From Candidatus Woesearchaeota archaeon (GTDB lineage Archaea; Nanobdellota; Nanobdellia; SCGC-AAA011-G17; PNOQ01), in the NCBI GenBank assembly GCA_964344555.1, contig CAYFNK010000001.1, positions 88,684 to 152,683 of the forward strand: DNA of 64,000 nt. Reading direction: 5' to 3'. Position numbers and translations under genes: made by a program. Of the stretch, positions 19,015-29,014 are shown in pieces (the first letter of the stretch is position 1; every line of letters begins with the position of its first letter). The notes under the pieces are model-generated. The model made no database searches, was not told the DNA's origin, and saw only the letters and a program-made list of their open reading frames with translations.

Positions 19015-22000
19015 ATGAGGCTATTGGCAATGAAAATTTATTTAAACAAAAAACTTCAACCAGAAAGAATGTATGATGCAAATAAAATAGAAAAAGAAGT
19101 ACTTGAATTTTGGAAAACCAATAATATTTACAAAAAAACTAGAGACAAAAATAAAGACAACAAACCATTTTATTTTCTACAAGGTCCGCCATATACGTCA
19201 GGCAAGTTACATATGGGTCACGCATGGAATAATTCTATGAAGGACATGGTTCTTAGATATAAAAATATGAAAGGATTTCACGTATGGGATAGAGCAGGAT
19301 ATGACATGCATGGAATTCCAACAGCTTCCAAAGTACAAGAAAAATTGGGACTCAAAACAAAAGAAGATATTCTTAATTATGGCTTAGATAAATTTTCTAA
19401 AGAATGCATTGATTTTTCAGTAAAATATGCAAAACTAATGAATAAAGATTTATTCAGAATGGGAGTATGGATGGATTATGAAAATGCCTATTTCCCAATA
19501 GATGAAGAGTGGATAGAAAGTGTATGGTGGCTAGTTAAAAGAGCAGAAGAAGAAGGGAGATTATACGAAGGAAAAAGGACAATGGCTTGGTGCGCTTACC
19601 ATGGGACTGCTCTTGCAAAACACGAATGCGAGTATAAAGAAATAGAAGATCAATCCATATTTGTCAAATTCAAAATCAAAGGAAAAGAAAATGAGCACAT
19701 TGTTATCTGGACTACTACTCCATGGACTATAGCGTTTAATCTTGCAGTGATGGTAAGCCCTGAACTAGACTATATCAAGGCAAAAGTAGACGATGAAGTT
19801 TTAATTGTTGCAAAAGATTTGGCAGACAAGGTTATCAAAGAAGGACTTGGAAAAGATTATTCAATATTAAAAGAGATGAAAGGAGAGGAATTAAGCGGAC
19901 TAGAATATACTCACCCTTGGGAAAAAGAAATAAAAGATTTCGAAAAACTAAAGAAGATACATCCAAAAACACATACTGTTGTTCTCTCAAATGAATATGT
20001 TACATTAGAAGCAGGAACGGGACTAGTTCATTGTGCTCCTGGATGTGGTCCTGAAGATTATGAAGTAGGTAGAGAAAATAATATTCCTCCATATAACAAG
20101 ACAGATCATGCAGGAATATTTTCAAAAGATTTGGGAGAACTATCTGGATGGATTGCAAAAAAAGATGATCAAAAATTTATAAAAAAATTAGCAGAATCTA
20201 ACGCATTATTAAAAACAAAAAAAGTTTCTCATGACTATGCACATTGTGAAAGGTGCCATAATCCAATAATTTTCAGAACAACAAAACAATGGTTTTTCAA
20301 GGTAGAAGACATAAAAGATAAGTTACTATCATATAACAATAAAATAAATTGGGTCCCAGATACGGTAAAGAACGCATTTGTTTCATGGTTAGAAAATTTA
20401 AGAGATAATTCGATAACTAAACAAAGATTTTGGGGAACCCCTGTTCCAATTTGGAGATGTAAAACTTGTGAAGACTACACAGTAATTGCCTCAAAAGAAG
20501 AGTTAAGCCAGTGCTCTGGAAAGATTCCAGAAAATTTACATAAACCTTGGATAGACGAAATAAATATTGATTGTAAGTGTGGGGGCACAAAAGAGAGAAT
20601 TCCTGACGTTTTGGATGTATGGATAGATGCAGGGGTTGCTTCCTGGGCATGTCTTTATTATCCAAAAAGAGAGGATTTATTCAAAAAATTATTTCCTGCA
20701 GATTTTATATTGGAAGCACGAGAACAAGTAAGGGGATGGTATAATTTATTGATGATTTCATCTATAATTGCATTTGATAAGATACCCTTCAAGGCAGCAT
20801 ATTCTCATGGGATGTTAACAGATGTGAAAGGAGTAAAAATGTCAAAATCTCTTGGAAATGTTATTTCCCCATATGAAGTAGTAGACAAATATGGTGCGGA
20901 TACAATGAGGATATATTTATCTCAAACTAACGCAGGAGAAGATATAAATTTTAGTTGGGACGAGATAAAAATAAAAAATAGAAATCTCAACGTTCTATTA
21001 AATACTGTTAATTATTTTTTAGAGTACTACTCTGCATCACGAAGTAAAGTAAGTATAAATTTAGAAAGTTTAGAGGAATTAAATTTAAGAATTGAAGAGA
21101 GATATATCCTTTCGAAGATTAATAAAACCATAAAACAAGTATCTGAAAATTATGAGTTTTATAATTTAGACAAAGTACCAGGACAATTAGAAAAATTATT
21201 TTTAGAATTAAGTAGAGAATATATTAAGGCCACAAGAGAAAAAATCAACCAAGAACCTGAAGTTGTTTTAAATGTAATTTTCAAAGTTTTATTTGAAACT
21301 TTAAAAATGTTATCTACTATAGCTCCATTTGTAACTGAACAAATATATCAAAACCTCAAAAAACATTTAGATTTGAATGAGGAAAGCATCCATCACTTCA
21401 AATGGCCCGAATCAAATGAAAAATTAATTGACGAAACTCTTGAAGAAAATTTCCTAATAGCTAGACAAATAATTCAGGCAGGATTAGCCGCAAGAGAAAA
21501 AGCAAAGATAGGAGTAAGATGGCCATTAAGAGAAATAAAAGTGATACCTTCTTCTGAAAAAGTAGAAGAAGCTGCAAAAGAGTTAGAAGAGTTAATATTA
21601 TCGAAGTTAAATATCAAATCTATGAAATTTGAAAAAGAATCTGAAGTATTTGAATTAGAATTAAGTCCAAATAAAACAACAATAGGTAAGGATTTTAAAC
21701 AAGATTCTCCATTTATAATTCAAAATCTAACCGAAGATTTAATGAAAGATATCATAAGAAATGGGGCTACGTTTTTAGAAAAGTTCAATATAAGGAAAGA
21801 ACATATAATCCTCAAACAAAAAATCCCAGAACACCTACAGGTTTCAGAGTTTAGGCAAGGAACAGTAATATTAGAAACTGAAACCAACGAAAGTTTAGAA
21901 AAAGAAGGATTTGCAAGAGAAGTAATAAGAAGGCTACAAGATTTAAGAAAGGAAAAAGGATTGAAAAAACAAGACAAAATAAATCTTTCAATCAAGACGC

Positions 22001-22155
22001 CAATTGATCTCTCAGAATTTAGAGAAATGATTCAAACAAAAGTTGGAACAAATGAATTAACTTTTGAATTAAAGGATTACGAATACATTGAAAAGTTCAA
22101 TATAAAAGATAAGGATTTCAAGGCCTCATTTAATATTTTAACAACTAAAGAATAG
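19015..22155 (+). CDS. ileS: Isoleucyl-tRNA synthetase
   Basis: It carries the HIGH motif 'HMGHAWN', the 'KMSKSLGN' motif, a CP1 editing domain and Zn motifs 'CERCHNP'/'CKTCED'. Alternative starts at ATG 19030 or 19069 are possible. Confidence 0.95.
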   Translation: MRLLAMKIYLNKKLQPERMYDANKIEKEVLEFWKTNNIYKKTRDKNKDNKPFYFLQGPPYTSGKLHMGHAWNNSMKDMVLRYKNMKGFHVWDRAGYDMHGIPTASKVQEKLGLKTKEDILNYGLDKFSKECIDFSVKYAKLMNKDLFRMGVWMDYENAYFPIDEEWIESVWWLVKRAEEEGRLYEGKRTMAWCAYHGTALAKHECEYKEIEDQSIFVKFKIKGKENEHIVIWTTTPWTIAFNLAVMVSPELDYIKAKVDDEVLIVAKDLADKVIKEGLGKDYSILKEMKGEELSGLEYTHPWEKEIKDFEKLKKIHPKTHTVVLSNEYVTLEAGTGLVHCAPGCGPEDYEVGRENNIPPYNKTDHAGIFSKDLGELSGWIAKKDDQKFIKKLAESNALLKTKKVSHDYAHCERCHNPIIFRTTKQWFFKVEDIKDKLLSYNNKINWVPDTVKNAFVSWLENLRDNSITKQRFWGTPVPIWRCKTCEDYTVIASKEELSQCSGKIPENLHKPWIDEINIDCKCGGTKERIPDVLDVWIDAGVASWACLYYPKREDLFKKLFPADFILEAREQVRGWYNLLMISSIIAFDKIPFKAAYSHGMLTDVKGVKMSKSLGNVISPYEVVDKYGADTMRIYLSQTNAGEDINFSWDEIKIKNRNLNVLLNTVNYFLEYYSASRSKVSINLESLEELNLRIEERYILSKINKTIKQVSENYEFYNLDKVPGQLEKLFLELSREYIKATREKINQEPEVVLNVIFKVLFETLKMLSTIAPFVTEQIYQNLKKHLDLNEESIHHFKWPESNEKLIDETLEENFLIARQIIQAGLAAREKAKIGVRWPLREIKVIPSSEKVEEAAKELEELILSKLNIKSMKFEKESEVFELELSPNKTTIGKDFKQDSPFIIQNLTEDLMKDIIRNGATFLEKFNIRKEHIILKQKIPEHLQVSEFRQGTVILETETNESLEKEGFAREVIRRLQDLRKEKGLKKQDKINLSIKTPIDLSEFREMIQTKVGTNELTFELKDYEYIEKFNIKDKDFKASFNILTTKE

Positions 22156-22231
22156 ATGCAGTCTTACCTATCCATTTAAATATTTTTCCCTAACTTCTAT
22201 AACTTATACTATTCTTAAATGGGGTTAAATA

Positions 22232-22789
22232 ATGGCTGATAAAAAAGAAAAACAGAAAATTAAGATAAAAATAGTTAACATCGTTTGCTCTTCATCACTA
22301 GAGCACGACATACATCTAGTCAAACTTGCAGAAACATTAACTAACACAGAGTACAATCCAGAACAATTTCCAGGATTAGTTATGAGGATAAGGGAACCAA
22401 AAACTTCTGCATTAATATTCAGCTCCGGTAAAATTGTTTGTACGGGTGCAACATCTCTAAAAATGGTAAGAGAGTCCATTAATGAGATAATAAAATCTGT
22501 GGCCAAGATTGGGGTAAAAATAACAGTTACACCTAAAATTACGGTACAAAATATGGTTGCTTCTGGTTCAACCGGAATAGTTCTAAACCTAAATAGCTTA
22601 GCAATGAAACTTGAAAATTCAGAGTATGAACCAGAACAGTTCCCAGGACTGGTGTATAAACTACCTGGAACAAATGCAACTTTCCTTCTATTTAGTAATG
22701 GAAAAATAGTTTGCACAGGTACTAAGTCTGAAAAAGACCTTAGAGAAGCAGTTAAGAAATTAGTCCTCAATTTGAAAAAGTTAAAATAA
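22232..22789 (+). CDS. tbp: TATA-box binding protein
   Basis: Two direct repeats are present: 'NIVCSSSL..EYNPEQFPGLVMRI..ALIFSSGKIVCTGA' and 'NMVASGS..EYEPEQFPGLVYKL..FLLFSNGKIVCTG'. Confidence 0.95.
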   Translation: MADKKEKQKIKIKIVNIVCSSSLEHDIHLVKLAETLTNTEYNPEQFPGLVMRIREPKTSALIFSSGKIVCTGATSLKMVRESINEIIKSVAKIGVKITVTPKITVQNMVASGSTGIVLNLNSLAMKLENSEYEPEQFPGLVYKLPGTNATFLLFSNGKIVCTGTKSEKDLREAVKKLVLNLKKLK

Positions 22790-22823
22790 AACCTATACAT
22801 TCTCTTTTTTGGGGAGTAAAATA

Positions 22824-24857
22824 ATGAAAGAAGATACATTTTCTCAGATTGACGAATTTAAAGAGTTTTTTGAGTCAGTCTATGGGAATGATTTAATGGA
22901 AATAAGCAAGAAAGGAAACAGATTTATTGTTATAGACTTTGCTGAGTTATCCAAATTTAATGTAGATTTGGCTGAACAAATTTTGAATGAACCAACAGAA
23001 ACAATTCTCAATGCTGAGCTAGCACTAGATCAGTTAGGTTTGTCTTTCAAAAAAAGACTAAAAGTAAGATTTGCAAATTTACCATCTTCTCAAGAGATAA
23101 TGGTAAGGGATATAAGAAGTATTCATCTTGGTAGAATGCTGTGTATTGAGGGAATAGTTAGACAATCTTCAGACGTAAGACCACAAGTTACTTCTGCTAA
23201 ATTCGAATGCCCAACTTGTGGAAATGTTTTATCAATTTTACAATTGGAAGCTGCCTTCAAAGAACCAGCAAGGTGTAGTTGTGGAAGGCACGGAAAGTTT
23301 AGATTATTAGCAAAAGATTTAGTTGATGCCCAAAGATTAGTTGTAGAAGAAGCACCTGAAGATTTAGAAGGAGGAGAACAACCAAAAAGATTGTCCATAT
23401 TTTTAAAAGAAGATTTGGTAGAACCAAAAATGGAAAAGAAAACCACTCCTGGAAGCAAGATAAGAGTCCTTGGAGTTGTTAAAGAAGTTCCTGTAATGTT
23501 GAAAACCGGGGCCCAATCGACTAGATTTGATTTAGTCATGGAAGCAAATTTTGTTGAACCGCTACAAGAAGCATTCGAGAGTCTTACATTTTCAGAAAAA
23601 GAAGAAAAAGAAATTAAGGAATTATCAAAAGATCCAAAATTATTTAATAAACTGGTAGGCACAATTGCTCCATCTATATATGGTCATAAAGAAATTAAGG
23701 CTTCAATCTTATTGCAACTTTTTGGAGGGAGTAGAAAAGTACTTCCAGACGGAGTGATTCAAAGGGGAGACGTACACGTTTTGCTAGTTGGAGACCCAGG
23801 GGCAGGTAAATCTCAATTATTACAATTTATTTCTAAGGCAGCTCCTAAAGCAAGATTTGTAAGTGGAAAGGGGGCCTCAGGGGCAGGGATTACTGCTTCA
23901 GTTGTAAGAGACGAATTCCTTAAAGGATGGAGCCTTGAAGCAGGAGCAATAGTTTTGGCAAATAATGGAATATGTGCGATTGATGAGCTAGATAAGATGT
24001 CTCCAGAAGATAGAAGCGCATTACATGAAGCATTAGAACAACAAACTGTTACGATTTCAAAGGCAAATATACAGGCAACGCTTAGAGCAGAAGCAACCGT
24101 TTTGGCTGCAGCAAATCCTAAGTTAGGAAGATTTGATCCATATACTCCAATTCCATCACAAATAGATTTACCTCCGACTCTAATAAATAGATTTGATTTA
24201 ATTTTTCCAATAAGAGACCTCCCAGATAGAAAAATTGACGAAAATATCGCGATGCACGTTCTAACTGCAGAATCAAAAGATCCATTAGAAAAAGGCATTC
24301 CAATAGAATTATTCAGAAAGTATATTTCATATTCTAGAAAAAAAATAAAACCTAAATTAAGCGAAACTGCAAGAGAAGAAATTAAAAAGTTTTATGTAGA
24401 TCTTAGAAATAATTCTTCTTCACCAATGGCGGCAGAACAAGAAGTCAAACCAATTCCAATAACTCCCAGACAACTTGGTGCAATAGTAAGACTTTCAGAA
24501 GCCTCTGCAAGATTAAGACTATCAAACCTTGTAACAAAGTCCGATGCAAAATTAGCTATAAATCTAATTAAATATTGTCTTACTCAAGTTGGATTCGATG
24601 AAGAAACCCAACAATTTGATATAGATAGGATGTCAACAGGAGTAACTGCATCAGAAAGAGGAAGACTTATAGCTATCAAAGAAATCGTGGTTGACCTGGA
24701 GAAAAAATCAAATTCCAAAAGCGTAGCAATAGGAGATATAAAACTTGAAGCTTCAGAAAAAGGAATATCAGAAGATAAAGTTGATGAAATATTGGAAAAA
24801 CTGAAGAGAAGTGGAGATTTATTTGAACCAAAGGGGGGACATGTTCAAAAGATATGA
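22824..24857 (+). CDS. mcm: MCM replicative helicase
   Basis: Motifs are the Zn motif 'CPTCGN...CSCG', Walker A 'LLVGDPGAGKSQLL', Walker B 'CAIDELDKM', the arginine-finger region 'NRFDLIFP' and a C-terminal wH. The track start at 22809 is TTG; ATG is at 22824. Confidence 0.95.
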   Translation: MKEDTFSQIDEFKEFFESVYGNDLMEISKKGNRFIVIDFAELSKFNVDLAEQILNEPTETILNAELALDQLGLSFKKRLKVRFANLPSSQEIMVRDIRSIHLGRMLCIEGIVRQSSDVRPQVTSAKFECPTCGNVLSILQLEAAFKEPARCSCGRHGKFRLLAKDLVDAQRLVVEEAPEDLEGGEQPKRLSIFLKEDLVEPKMEKKTTPGSKIRVLGVVKEVPVMLKTGAQSTRFDLVMEANFVEPLQEAFESLTFSEKEEKEIKELSKDPKLFNKLVGTIAPSIYGHKEIKASILLQLFGGSRKVLPDGVIQRGDVHVLLVGDPGAGKSQLLQFISKAAPKARFVSGKGASGAGITASVVRDEFLKGWSLEAGAIVLANNGICAIDELDKMSPEDRSALHEALEQQTVTISKANIQATLRAEATVLAAANPKLGRFDPYTPIPSQIDLPPTLINRFDLIFPIRDLPDRKIDENIAMHVLTAESKDPLEKGIPIELFRKYISYSRKKIKPKLSETAREEIKKFYVDLRNNSSSPMAAEQEVKPIPITPRQLGAIVRLSEASARLRLSNLVTKSDAKLAINLIKYCLTQVGFDEETQQFDIDRMSTGVTASERGRLIAIKEIVVDLEKKSNSKSVAIGDIKLEASEKGISEDKVDEILEKLKRSGDLFEPKGGHVQKI

Positions 24858-25540
24858 AAATGGATAGTCAACCAATCAGACAAGTAGCATACAAAGTATG
24901 GGTATCAGATATAGTTAACAATGAATTTAAACAAGAAAAAGGAGAATGGGAACCAAATTATGTAATTGTACATGATAAGAAAGTATCAAGAATTAATATT
25001 ATTGCAAATGTAATTACAAATTATAAAAATGAACAAGGAGATTATGTTTCAGTAACTATAGACGATGGATCTGCTAGTATTCAGGTTAAAGCATGGAAGG
25101 AAGACGTTAGCCTTATAGAAGGATTAGAAGTTGGAGCAACAATATTAATTATAGGGAGAGTAAGAGAATATAATAATGAAAAATACTTGACTCCTGAAAT
25201 AATAAGAAAATTAGATAAACCAGAATGGTTGATTTACAGGAAAAAAGAATTAACAAAAGAGTATGGAGATTTAATTAAAAAAACTGAACAACCTAAAGAG
25301 GAATCTGGAATAAATATAGTAGCTGAAGAAGAAGTTATTGACAACTCCTCCAGAGAAGGTAACAGACAAAAAATTTTAAATATAATAGAAAATCTTTCAA
25401 CAAAAGAAGGTGCAGATAAGTTAGATATAATAAAAGAAACAAAATTAGATGAGCAAACAGCAGAAGGAATAATTCAAAGCCTATTAATGGAAGGAGAAAT
25501 TTTTGAAATAAAACCAGGGAAAATTAAAATTTTAGGATGA
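24854..25540 (+). CDS. RPA32/Stn1-like OB-fold protein with C-terminal winged helix
   Basis: The OB core is 'VSRINIIANVITNY...YVSVTIDDGSASIQVKAW...GATILIIGRVREYNNEKYL'. An acidic linker and a wH-like 'QTAEGIIQSLLMEGEIFEIKPGKIKIL' follow. It has ATGA overlaps with mcm (24854-24857) and with aIF2-beta (25537-25540). Confidence 0.5.
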   Translation: MKMDSQPIRQVAYKVWVSDIVNNEFKQEKGEWEPNYVIVHDKKVSRINIIANVITNYKNEQGDYVSVTIDDGSASIQVKAWKEDVSLIEGLEVGATILIIGRVREYNNEKYLTPEIIRKLDKPEWLIYRKKELTKEYGDLIKKTEQPKEESGINIVAEEEVIDNSSREGNRQKILNIIENLSTKEGADKLDIIKETKLDEQTAEGIIQSLLMEGEIFEIKPGKIKILG

Positions 25541-25947
25541 ACTCATACGAAAAATTATTGGAAAGGGCACAAGAAAATTTACCGAAGAAAGTTAAATCTA
25601 AAGAGAGATTTGAGATACCAAAAGCAAGCGGGATGATAGAAGGAAATAAAACTATAGTAAAAAATTTTTTACAGATAGCAAACGTACTTCACAGAGATCC
25701 AAAACAAATCTTGAAATATTTACAAAGAGAACTAGCAACACCAGGAGCAGTAGATGGTCAAAGATTAATTCTAGGAAGAAAAATAAATTCTGCGCTAATA
25801 AATGATAAACTTAAAAGATATGTACATGACTTTGTATTATGTCAAGATTGTAAAAAACCAGACACCAAATTATTAAAAGAAGATAGAGTTTTAATGTTAA
25901 AATGTACTGCTTGTGGTGCAAAGCACCCAATAAAAGCAAAAATATGA
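25537..25947 (+). CDS. eif2b: Translation initiation factor aIF2 beta subunit
   Basis: 'ELATPGAVDGQRLILGR' and the C-terminal zinc ribbon 'CQDCKKPDTKL...LKCTACGA' identify it. Confidence 0.9.
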   Translation: MNSYEKLLERAQENLPKKVKSKERFEIPKASGMIEGNKTIVKNFLQIANVLHRDPKQILKYLQRELATPGAVDGQRLILGRKINSALINDKLKRYVHDFVLCQDCKKPDTKLLKEDRVLMLKCTACGAKHPIKAKI

Positions 25948-26237
25948 TGTATTTTAAAAAACATTTAACAAAAGATAGAATAGTTCTTGCAGTATGTGAT
26001 GAAGACCTAGTAGGCAAAAAGTTCTCCGAAGGAGGGGTCACACTGAACATTTCAGAAAGATTCTATAAGGGAGAAAGAAAGTCAGAAAAAGATCTTGAAG
26101 AACTATTAAAAAATTCAGAAAATATTAATCTAGTAGGCAAAAAAATTATTAAATTTGCAATTAAATTAGGCCTACTTAACAAAGACAGTATAATCACTAT
26201 AAAAGGGATTCCTCATGCCCAAATCCTAAAATTGTAA
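25944..26237 (+). CDS. DUF424 family protein
   Basis: 'IVLAVCDEDLVGKKFSEGGVTLNISERFYKG...NLVGKKII...IKGIPHAQI' matches the DUF424/COG2412 pattern. It has an ATGA overlap with aIF2-beta. The track start at 25902 lies inside the upstream gene. Confidence 0.7.
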   Translation: MMYFKKHLTKDRIVLAVCDEDLVGKKFSEGGVTLNISERFYKGERKSEKDLEELLKNSENINLVGKKIIKFAIKLGLLNKDSIITIKGIPHAQILKL

Positions 26238-26238
26238 A

Positions 26239-26526
26239 ATGCATTCAGCAAAAATCCAGATAAGACCAAATAATAAAAAACTAATAGGGTATGTTTTAAC
26301 TAAAATAGAAAAAGAAAGAATAAATATTACAAAACAAAAAGAACTAAAAGAAGGAATTGATATCCATATTGATAATGCAACTTTTGCAGTATCTCTTTCT
26401 AAGAAATTTAAATCAGAGTTTAAGGGAGAAACAAAGATAACTAGATCTCTTATAGGAGAAAACAAAACAAAGGGAAAAAGAATTTATAGGTTAACAGTTC
26501 TTTTGAGAATCCCAAAAAGCTTATAA
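26239..26526 (+). CDS. Small hypothetical protein, possibly NMD3 C-terminal-domain-like
   Basis: This 95-aa ORF starts 1 nt after the DUF424 stop. 'IQIR...GIDIHIDNATFAVSLSKKFKSEFKGETKITRSLIGENKTKGKRIYRLTVLLRI' recalls the NMD3 pattern (QxR...G.D......a..l...f.g..k.S.kL.G.d...gk...R.T..vR). The Cys-rich NMD3 N-terminus is absent. Confidence 0.4.
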   Translation: MHSAKIQIRPNNKKLIGYVLTKIEKERINITKQKELKEGIDIHIDNATFAVSLSKKFKSEFKGETKITRSLIGENKTKGKRIYRLTVLLRIPKSL

Positions 26527-26549
26527 AACGTTCATAGAGTCTCTTTGAT

Positions 26550-26867
26550 ATGGTAGAGCAACAACAAGAGCCGATTAGAGTAAGGACGCCTAAAGGAAAC
26601 GAAGTTATAGGTGCAGTTACTCAAAGACTAGGTGGATCCAGAATGAGGGTGGCCTGCATGGATGGTAAAACAAGAATTTGCAGAATTCCAGGGAGATTGA
26701 AAAAAGGGCTCTGGATAAGAGAAGGGAACATAGTTCTAATTCAGCCTTGGGAGTTTCAAGGAGACGAAAAGGGAGATGTGATTTGGAAGTACAACCCTAC
26801 TCAAGTTAAGTGGCTGAAACAAAAAAAGTATTTGAAAGAAATTTCTGAATTTACAGAAGAATTCTAA
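26550..26867 (+). CDS. eif1a: Translation initiation factor aIF1A
   Basis: The S1-like OB sequence is '[61 protein letters not shown]'. Confidence 0.95.
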   Translation: MVEQQQEPIRVRTPKGNEVIGAVTQRLGGSRMRVACMDGKTRICRIPGRLKKGLWIREGNIVLIQPWEFQGDEKGDVIWKYNPTQVKWLKQKKYLKEISEFTEEF

Positions 26868-26868
26868 A

Positions 26869-27390
26869 ATGCAGGAAGAATTAAAAATTCCTAAGGAAAG
26901 AATAGCAATCCTTATTGGAGAAAAAGGAAAGGAAAAAAGAAAGTTACAAAAATTAACTGATACAAAAATAATTATTTCCTCAGAAGAGGGAGACGTAATT
27001 CTTAAGGGAGAAGATTCTCTAAAAGTAATCATAACGAGAGACATAATAAAAGCAATAGGAAGAGGATTCAACCCAAAAATAGCTGTCAACTTACTAAAAG
27101 AAGAAAATATGTTTGATATGCTCAATATTCATGATTATGCGGGAAGTTCTAAGAAACAAGAGGTGAGAGTAAAATCTAGAGTTATAGGAAGAGAGGGTAA
27201 AGCAAGAAAAACAATAGAGAAATTTACAAACACAGATATTTGCGTCTATGGAAAAACTATTGGAATAATTGGTAAAGTAGAAGATGTAAACTTAGCCAGA
27301 AGAGCATTGGATAAATTATTGAAAGGTTCTCCACATGGAAAGGTTTACGGATGGATAAAAAGACAACAGCATGAACTTGGAAATTTATGA
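26869..27390 (+). CDS. KH-domain RNA-binding protein (archaeal Dim2/Pno1-like)
   Basis: Two KH modules are present ('IAILIGEKGKEKRKLQ', 'VIGREGKARKTIEKFT') with a C-terminal 'ALDKLLKGSPHGKVY'. The position next to aIF1A is conserved. Confidence 0.8.
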   Translation: MQEELKIPKERIAILIGEKGKEKRKLQKLTDTKIIISSEEGDVILKGEDSLKVIITRDIIKAIGRGFNPKIAVNLLKEENMFDMLNIHDYAGSSKKQEVRVKSRVIGREGKARKTIEKFTNTDICVYGKTIGIIGKVEDVNLARRALDKLLKGSPHGKVYGWIKRQQHELGNL

Positions 27391-27436
27391 TTGTCTTCAA
27401 CAAAACTTATAAAGCAGTTGTTAGATTTCTTCTTTT

Positions 27437-29014
27437 ATGCAAACCAAATTAAGTAATGATTCAAAAGATATTGTTCACGCAGTTGAGCAAGCAAAAAAAC
27501 AAAGAGAAATCTCTATATCAGAATTCTTTACAAAGAATAGACACTTGCTGGGATTTGATAATCCTCTGAAAGCACTATCTACAACAATAAAAGAGGCAGT
27601 AGATAATTCGTTAGATGCTTGTGAAGAATCTAACATCCTGCCAGAAGTTAAAGTTGAAATACAAAAATTATCCGAAGAAAGGTTTAAGATAATAATAGAA
27701 GATAATGGACCTGGAATAGTTAAGCAACAAATTCCAAAAATCTTTGGAAAATTATTATATGGTTCAAAATTTCATAAACTTTCTCAAACAAGAGGGCAAC
27801 AAGGAATAGGAATTTCTGCTGCAGCACTATATGGTCAACTCACAACAGGAAAGCCAATTAAAATTATTTCAAAAATTGGCAAAAATAAACCAGCTCACAA
27901 CTATGAGTTACATATAGACACTTCTAAAAACGAACCAGAAATAACAAAAGATATAGAAGTAAAATGGGAAAAAGACCAGGGTACAAAAATTGAAATTGAT
28001 CTTGAAGGAAAATACCAAAGAGGTCAAAGATCTGTTTCAGAATATCTGAAACAGACAGCAATTTCCAATCCCCACATTAATATTTTATTTAAAGAACCTG
28101 ACGGAACAAAAACAGAATATTTGAGAGCAACAAAAGAATTACCTCTCAGGGCAAAAGAGATAAAGCCACATCCAGACGGAATTGAGCTAGGTATTCTTAT
28201 CGACATGCTCAAAAGAACAAATTCAAGAACGTTACAGAGTTTTTTAACAAACGATTTTTCAAGAATTAGTCCTAAGACTGCAAAAACTGTTTGTGAGAAT
28301 GCAAATCTTTACCCTAATGCTAGGCCGAGTAGAATAGCTAAACAAGAAGCAGATAATCTATTAAAAGCAATAAGACACACAAAGTTTATGGCCCCCCCTA
28401 CAGATTGTTTATCTCCAATAAGTGCAAAATTATTACAGGAAGGTTTAGAGAAAGAAATAGATGCAGAATTTTATACTTCCATTACTCGTCCGGCTGCAGT
28501 TTATAGAGGAAACCCTTTTGTTGTGGAGGCAGCACTGGCATATGGCGGAACACTAGAGAGAGATTCTCAAGTAGATATAATCAGGTTTGCAAATAGGGTG
28601 CCTTTACAATACCAAAAGTCTGCATGTTCTGTTACTAAAAGTATATCCAAAACTAAATGGAAACAATATGGAGTACAACAATCTGTATCAAATTTACCAA
28701 ACGGCCCCTTAGTTATAGTAGTGCATATCGCTTCAGTGTGGGTTCCATTTACTTCAGAATCAAAAGAAGCAGTAGCCCATTATCCTGAAATAATTAAGGA
28801 AATAAAATTGGCAGTTCAAGAATGTGGAAGACAACTTGGAAAATATGTGAGAAAGCAAAGAAAAACAAAAGATGAAGCAAAAAAAAGATCATATTTAGAG
28901 AAGTATGTTCCAGTCATAGGAGAAGCATTGAGAGAGTTATTAGCTCTAAAAGAAACGGAAGAAAAAAAAGTGGTAGTTAGTCTTAAGGACTATTTAGAGA
29001 GATCTAGAAAATGA
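27437..29014 (+). CDS. top6B: DNA topoisomerase VI subunit B
   Basis: GHKL/Bergerat motifs 'EAVDNSLDA', 'EDNGPGI' and '[11 protein letters not shown]' are followed by a transducer domain. It overlaps top6A by 4 nt. Confidence 0.95.
   Translation: MQTKLSNDSKDIVHAVEQAKKQREISISEFFTKNRHLLGFDNPLKALSTTIKEAVDNSLDACEESNILPEVKVEIQKLSEERFKIIIEDNGPGIVKQQIPKIFGKLLYGSKFHKLSQTRGQQGIGISAAALYGQLTTGKPIKIISKIGKNKPAHNYELHIDTSKNEPEITKDIEVKWEKDQGTKIEIDLEGKYQRGQRSVSEYLKQTAISNPHINILFKEPDGTKTEYLRATKELPLRAKEIKPHPDGIELGILIDMLKRTNSRTLQSFLTNDFSRISPKTAKTVCENANLYPNARPSRIAKQEADNLLKAIRHTKFMAPPTDCLSPISAKLLQEGLEKEIDAEFYTSITRPAAVYRGNPFVVEAALAYGGTLERDSQVDIIRFANRVPLQYQKSACSVTKSISKTKWKQYGVQQSVSNLPNGPLVIVVHIASVWVPFTSESKEAVAHYPEIIKEIKLAVQECGRQLGKYVRKQRKTKDEAKKRSYLEKYVPVIGEALRELLALKETEEKKVVVSLKDYLERSRK

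Noticed and set aside
22225-22839. A 204-aa minus-strand ORF covers the whole TBP gene and even shows an internal repeat ('VAPVQTILPELN' / 'LVPVQTIFPLLN').
   Set aside because: It is the antisense shadow of tbp. The repeat simply mirrors the two TBP repeats, the plus-strand product is an unmistakable TBP, and the antisense peptide has no recognisable features and an odd composition.
23123-24298. Long antisense ORFs lie inside mcm (179 aa and 161 aa). Similar ones occur inside cdc48 (4873-5328), topA (878-1291), the aIF1A/KH genes (26736-27125), metG (52361-52735), secY, rps3 and others.
   Set aside because: All are fully embedded opposite strongly supported genes. They lack start context and translate to low-complexity Ser/Leu/Phe-rich peptides typical of shadow frames.
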